Assembly (NCBI GenBank): GCA_025362135.1
Contig: JANYHZ010000281.1
Location: 6,389-70,388 of the forward strand
Reading direction: 5' to 3'
Length of the DNA stretch: 64,000 bases
Source: Betaproteobacteria bacterium
GTDB taxonomy: Bacteria; Pseudomonadota; Gammaproteobacteria; Burkholderiales; Usitatibacteraceae
Shown here: positions 60,064 through 64,000 of the stretch, in pieces
Position numbering within the stretch: the first letter of the stretch is position 1
Layout: every line of letters starts with the position of its first letter
Made by a program: the position numbers and the translations under genes
Notes under the pieces: model-generated
What the model saw: the letters and a program-made list of their open reading frames with translations, nothing else
What the model was told of the DNA's origin: nothing
Databases searched by the model: none

Positions 60064-61454
60064 CAGGGTGCAACTTTGCCTATGGTCACGGTAACGCCCG
60101 ACGCACCCGGTTTCACCACATCGGACAGTCCCGACAAGTCACCGGGTTGAAGTTGCGCATTCCCGGATTTTGAAACTCGCGCTTCGATGACCACTTCGGC
60201 GAACGAGGACAGGTTGACGCCGGGGGCCATCGCCATCGCGTCGGTAAGTTCGAATGCAACTGGGAAAGCATTGGCTTTCGGTGCGGGCACCCGCATGACC
60301 GCGAGCGGCATACGCGGCCCCTCCTTGGCGCGAGCGAAGACGAATAACGTATCGCCAGAGGCTAACTTGCCCGCAACATCGGGCGCGATGACAACTTTCC
60401 CTGTTACCTTGACGCCTGGTTTTGAAGCACTATCCTTCCCCGCATTACTGCTGGCCACTTGCGGGCTTTGTGCCAAAGGCGATGCTGCGGGCGCAGGCGC
60501 GCCTGCAACGGCATCAAGTTTCGTCGTCTTTACTTCTGCGATGATGGTCTCGACTTCGCGATAATCAGCGGAATCCTTTGGCACCAGTGTTTTCAATTTT
60601 TCCCAATAGACTAAGGAAGCAGGGCGATTGCCCATCCGCAGCTCAGCGGTGCCGGCCAGCGCAAGCGCTTTCATGTGGTTCGGATCCAGTTTCAATGCCT
60701 GCTTGATCAGCGCATATGGCTTGCCCTCAAATCGTCCCTGCTGGGTCATCACGGCGGCGTCGGCATAATCCGCCAAGAGCTGTGGATCGTTGGGCGTGAG
60801 TGCAGCCGCCCGCTCAAATGCGGCGCTCGCTTCGGCGTAGCGTCCCAATGCATTCTGCGATCTTGCCAACAGGATCCAGCCGCGCGGATCGGTCGGGTTC
60901 TGCTGCATTTTTTGCGAAAGACTGTCCACCATGGCCAGAATTTGTTTATCTGACATCGGAGGCTCTTCGCCCGGCTTGGTATTTTCTGTGTGCCCGATTG
61001 GCATACCGGTAGAGGTGGGTGCAATCCCAGCCATTTCTATGGCACGCGGCGCGCCGAGCGTCCCGTAGAGCACCACCGCGCTTAATGGCATTGCAACCGC
61101 GAGCAGCGCGACCAGCCACCATGGGTGCTTGTTTACCGCCAGTGTGGGGGCCGAAACCATTTGTTGTTCGGGCACTTCGTCGACCAAGCGCGCGGACAGT
61201 TCGCCCAGCGCCGCGGTGTGCTCTGCTTCGCTGATCGCACCGCGCGCTAATTCTTCATCGAGTTCGCGCCGTTGCGACTGGAAGATCGTGACGTTACTGC
61301 GCGCACCGGAAACCGGTTCGGTCGGCGTTTTCTCACGCACCAGCGGTATCACCACAAATGCCAACGCGACAACCAACATCAACAACGCAACGATTGAAAA
61401 AATAAGCACGGTCTGGTCAGTCAGGTAAGGTATGGCGCGCGCGACCGCAGCCAA
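60063..61454 (-). CDS. ccmI: Cytochrome c-type biogenesis protein CcmI/CycH (TPR)
   Basis: It has two N-terminal TM helices flanking a charged loop (QRRELDEELARGAISEAE), a TPR-like middle, and a conserved C-terminal beta-domain (TLFVFARAKEGPRMPLAV). Its stop overlaps the ccmA start by 1 nt. Confidence 0.8.
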   Translation of the reverse strand: MAAVARAIPYLTDQTVLIFSIVALLMLVVALAFVVIPLVREKTPTEPVSGARSNVTIFQSQRRELDEELARGAISEAEHTAALGELSARLVDEVPEQQMVSAPTLAVNKHPWWLVALLAVAMPLSAVVLYGTLGAPRAIEMAGIAPTSTGMPIGHTENTKPGEEPPMSDKQILAMVDSLSQKMQQNPTDPRGWILLARSQNALGRYAEASAAFERAAALTPNDPQLLADYADAAVMTQQGRFEGKPYALIKQALKLDPNHMKALALAGTAELRMGNRPASLVYWEKLKTLVPKDSADYREVETIIAEVKTTKLDAVAGAPAPAASPLAQSPQVASSNAGKDSASKPGVKVTGKVVIAPDVAGKLASGDTLFVFARAKEGPRMPLAVMRVPAPKANAFPVAFELTDAMAMAPGVNLSSFAEVVIEARVSKSGNAQLQPGDLSGLSDVVKPGASGVTVTIGKVAP

Positions 61455-61775
61455 TATCGCACTAAATTATAGCCTGCGCCAGTGCGAGGATACGGATAGT
61501 GAAGCGGAACGACGTCCATGCCATCCGGCAGCGGTACTCGCGAAATTTTCGATTTGACTAAATACCAAAAACGGTTAGACTCAAGTCCGCGTTTGTCGAA
61601 GGGCTTTTGCTTGGGCAAACTAGAATAAGTGTTGCGAAGTTGTTTAGTACTCGTGGGCGGAAATGAAGGCCAGGCTTGATCAGCGTACTGCTGATGTTCC
61701 GGGCTTTTAAACCGCATGTCGACAGGCGTCAAGGGGTGGCCTGTTGAAAAATAGCCTTAGGGGGCCACAGTCATC

Positions 61776-62606
61776 ATGCGTCATCGCACTATTCTCGAAT
61801 ATCGTGATTACCGATATTTAAAGCTGGCGGTGCTTATCGTCGTAGCGGTTATTTTTGCCTACGGCTGGTACGCATATCCTCTCGGACATTACGGCGGCAC
61901 ACCGCTCGGCTACACGCTGGGCACGATCGGTGCACTGCTCATCTTCTGGCTTATGTGGCTGGGCGTACAGAAACGCCGCTATCGCACTACCGGCGACGTG
62001 AAGGGCTGGCTATCGGCCCACATCTATTTGGGTACCTCGTTGCTGGTCATCGCGACACTCCACGCCGCCTTTCAGGTCGGCTGGAACGTACACACCCTCG
62101 CTTATGTTTTGATGATAATCGTGATCGCGTCAGGTTTCTATGGCGTGTATACCTATCTGCGATTCCCCGGCCTGATGACCGAAAATCTTGCCGAGGATAC
62201 GCTCGAGAGTCTCACGCTAAAAATTGCCGACATTGATCGCGAGGCGCGTCGACTCGCGCTCGGCATGTCCGATGAGGTTAACCAGGCGGTGCTCGCATCG
62301 ATTCAGAAAACGCGCATTGGCGGAGGCGTCTACGCGCAATTGCGCGAGCAAGTCTCCAGCTGCCCAACGACATCTGCGGTCAAGCTTATCAAATCCCGTT
62401 CGGGGACGGTGAAAGGCGATGCGGCGCGCAAGCATCAGGACCTGTACGGCATGATGTTGCGCAAGGAGCGTCTGGTTAGGCGTGCACGGATAGATATTCG
62501 CTATAAGGCAATCATGGATATATGGCTTTTTTTCCATGTGCCATTATCCGTCGCGTTGCTCGCGGCACTGGTGGCGCATATCGTCGCCGTTTTCTTTTAT
62601 TGGTAG
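61776..62606 (+). CDS. 5-TM membrane protein with two H-x13-H pairs (putative dihaem b-type cytochrome)
   Basis: The predicted TM helices lie at about aa 16-35, 46-64, 78-99, 107-128 and 249-273. His82/His96 fall in TM3 and His254/His268 in TM5. I cannot name a family from memory. Confidence 0.6.
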   Translation: MRHRTILEYRDYRYLKLAVLIVVAVIFAYGWYAYPLGHYGGTPLGYTLGTIGALLIFWLMWLGVQKRRYRTTGDVKGWLSAHIYLGTSLLVIATLHAAFQVGWNVHTLAYVLMIIVIASGFYGVYTYLRFPGLMTENLAEDTLESLTLKIADIDREARRLALGMSDEVNQAVLASIQKTRIGGGVYAQLREQVSSCPTTSAVKLIKSRSGTVKGDAARKHQDLYGMMLRKERLVRRARIDIRYKAIMDIWLFFHVPLSVALLAALVAHIVAVFFYW

Positions 62607-62612
62607 GCATTG

Positions 62613-64000
62613 ATGAAAACCAAACTTGCGACCATTACGCGTAACAAGAAAGGCCAACCTGCGAGCACCGAACAGACGGTGGTCGCAGAGACACTCCGCA
62701 TTGGGCGCGGTGCAGATTGCAAGTTACACCTGTCCGATCCACGCATTGCGCTGTTCCATGCCGAAGTCATTTGTGGAGTAGACGGCGTATCGTACATCGA
62801 GGCACGCGGCGGTGTGGTGAGCGTGGATGGGAGCTTCGAGAGCGCGGCAACACTGAAAACCGGGCAGCGGATACTGGTCGGCCCGTTTGAATTAATTGTC
62901 CTGCCGCCGCAGACCGATGTGGACCTTGCACTGAGCGTGGAACTCATCGATCCGCTGAAAGACGACCTTGAAGAGGTAAAGAGTCACGTCAAAGCGGGCC
63001 TGAAATCGACGTGGTTATCCAAGCGAACCTTCAGTTGGCTGGCGGGCGCTGCGGTATTCCTTGTTTTTCTTGCATGGCCGGTACTCAACGCACTCGAGCG
63101 CGGGCATGGAAAGGATACAACCAAGCCCGTACTGGCTGCAGACGCGTCCTGGGATGTCGGGCCACTGGCAAGCGCGCACGCAAGCTTTGGCAGTAACTGC
63201 AGCTCGTGCCACCAGCAACCATTCGTGCACGTAACCAACGGCGCGTGTGAAGACTGCCACAAGAAAATCGGCTGGCATTTTGCCCTTGATACCAAGGAAG
63301 CCAAGGCGGTGCATACAGGGGTATTCGGCGACACCCGCTGCTCGTCCTGCCACCGCGATCACAAGGGCGCGAATGGTTTGGTGAGAACGGATTCGAGGCT
63401 CTGCACCGATTGTCACCAAAACTTGAAATCCCGGCACCCACAGACAGGCGTTGTCGATGTTGCGGAATTCACCAAAGATCACCCACCTTTCAAGGTGTCG
63501 ATGCTGGTGCCCGGAAAGACCGGTGCCGCTGCGCTCGTCCGTATTGCGCAGGACGACAAAACGCGTTACGTCGAAGCCTCGGGCCTGAAATTCCCGCACG
63601 ACGTTCACATGAGTGCGAAAGGCCTGCGCGGCCCTAATGGCAAGGCGCAAATGGAGTGTAAAAACTGCCATGTGCCGGATGAGACCAGTACTCGTTTCAA
63701 GCCGGTGACGATGGGTGAACATTGCCAGTCCTGCCATTCGCTCGAATTCGAACCGAAGGCGACGACGCGCCAGGTGCCGCACGGTAAGGTGGCCGATGTC
63801 ATGGCAACCTTGCAGGAATATTATGCGCAGGCAGCACTGACCGATGCAGCGATCGACGTGGTGCTCGAAGATGGCATCAAACGGCCTGGCCAGCGCGTTG
63901 GGGAGACCAAGCGCGAAGCAGCGCTTTCCTGGGCGAACAGCAAAGCGGAAAAAATTACCCAGGAACTATTTGAAATACGCGTTTGTTTTGAGTGCCATCA
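62613..64000 (+). CDS. FHA-like domain + TM + multihaem cytochrome c (3' end outside window; ORF absent from supplied track)
   Basis: My own translation from ATG 62613 gives 462 codons with no stop to the window edge. The N-terminus reads TLRIGRGADCKLHLSDPRIALFHAEVI...LKTGQRILVGPFELIV. A TM segment lies at 63027-63089. CXXCH motifs start at 63198, 63246, 63339, 63402, 63657, 63723 and 63984. Confidence 0.8.
   Translation, partial: MKTKLATITRNKKGQPASTEQTVVAETLRIGRGADCKLHLSDPRIALFHAEVICGVDGVSYIEARGGVVSVDGSFESAATLKTGQRILVGPFELIVLPPQTDVDLALSVELIDPLKDDLEEVKSHVKAGLKSTWLSKRTFSWLAGAAVFLVFLAWPVLNALERGHGKDTTKPVLAADASWDVGPLASAHASFGSNCSSCHQQPFVHVTNGACEDCHKKIGWHFALDTKEAKAVHTGVFGDTRCSSCHRDHKGANGLVRTDSRLCTDCHQNLKSRHPQTGVVDVAEFTKDHPPFKVSMLVPGKTGAAALVRIAQDDKTRYVEASGLKFPHDVHMSAKGLRGPNGKAQMECKNCHVPDETSTRFKPVTMGEHCQSCHSLEFEPKATTRQVPHGKVADVMATLQEYYAQAALTDAAIDVVLEDGIKRPGQRVGETKREAALSWANSKAEKITQELFEIRVCFECH

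Noticed and set aside
61421-61732. A 103-aa minus-strand ORF in the ccmI/cytochrome divergent spacer
   Set aside because: It overlaps the ccmI 5' end in another frame. It has no Shine-Dalgarno sequence or motif, and would occupy the region that must hold two promoters.
62597-63782. Three minus-strand ORFs (62597-62947, 62984-63334, 63015-63782), the only track entries in this region
   Set aside because: They are antisense shadows of the long plus-strand ORF, which carries seven in-frame CXXCH motifs. Their products are low-complexity and Arg-rich.

Overview
This 64-kb window is mostly conserved chromosomal backbone and looks betaproteobacterial. That placement is inferred from gene order only: aspS-DUF502-FmdB, ssb/uvrA divergent, rhodanese-grxC-secB-SH3-gpsA opposite gpmA-envC-ctpA-moeB, and tsaD opposite rpsU-yqeY-dnaG-rpoD. 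It holds about 59 protein genes and one tRNA (CAU anticodon, ileX-like). It also holds a complete System I cytochrome c maturation operon in the order ccmI-ccmABCDEFGH on the minus strand. I saw no rRNA, CRISPR array, IS element, integrase or prophage. Many first-ATG ORF starts in the supplied track are too long, so I trimmed them where N-terminal conservation, a Shine-Dalgarno sequence or a neighbouring gene supported a shorter start. The main candidate for something new is at the right edge (61776-64000), divergent from the ccm operon. There, a 5-TM membrane protein carries two H-x13-H pairs, the spacing of dihaem b-type cytochromes. Six nucleotides after it begins a long ORF that is missing from the ORF track because it runs off the window. 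That ORF encodes an FHA-like cytoplasmic domain, one TM helix and at least seven CXXCH haem c sites. Lesser items are a YtkA-like lipoprotein plus dihaem peroxidase pair, a large secreted LTD-FN3-Ig protein with a duplicated C-terminal module of unknown function, a lysine/alanine-rich tail on ArgB, an alpha/beta hydrolase with three C-terminal repeats, and two long perfect palindromes flanking rplQ. All family assignments come from motifs read by eye, and no database search was run.
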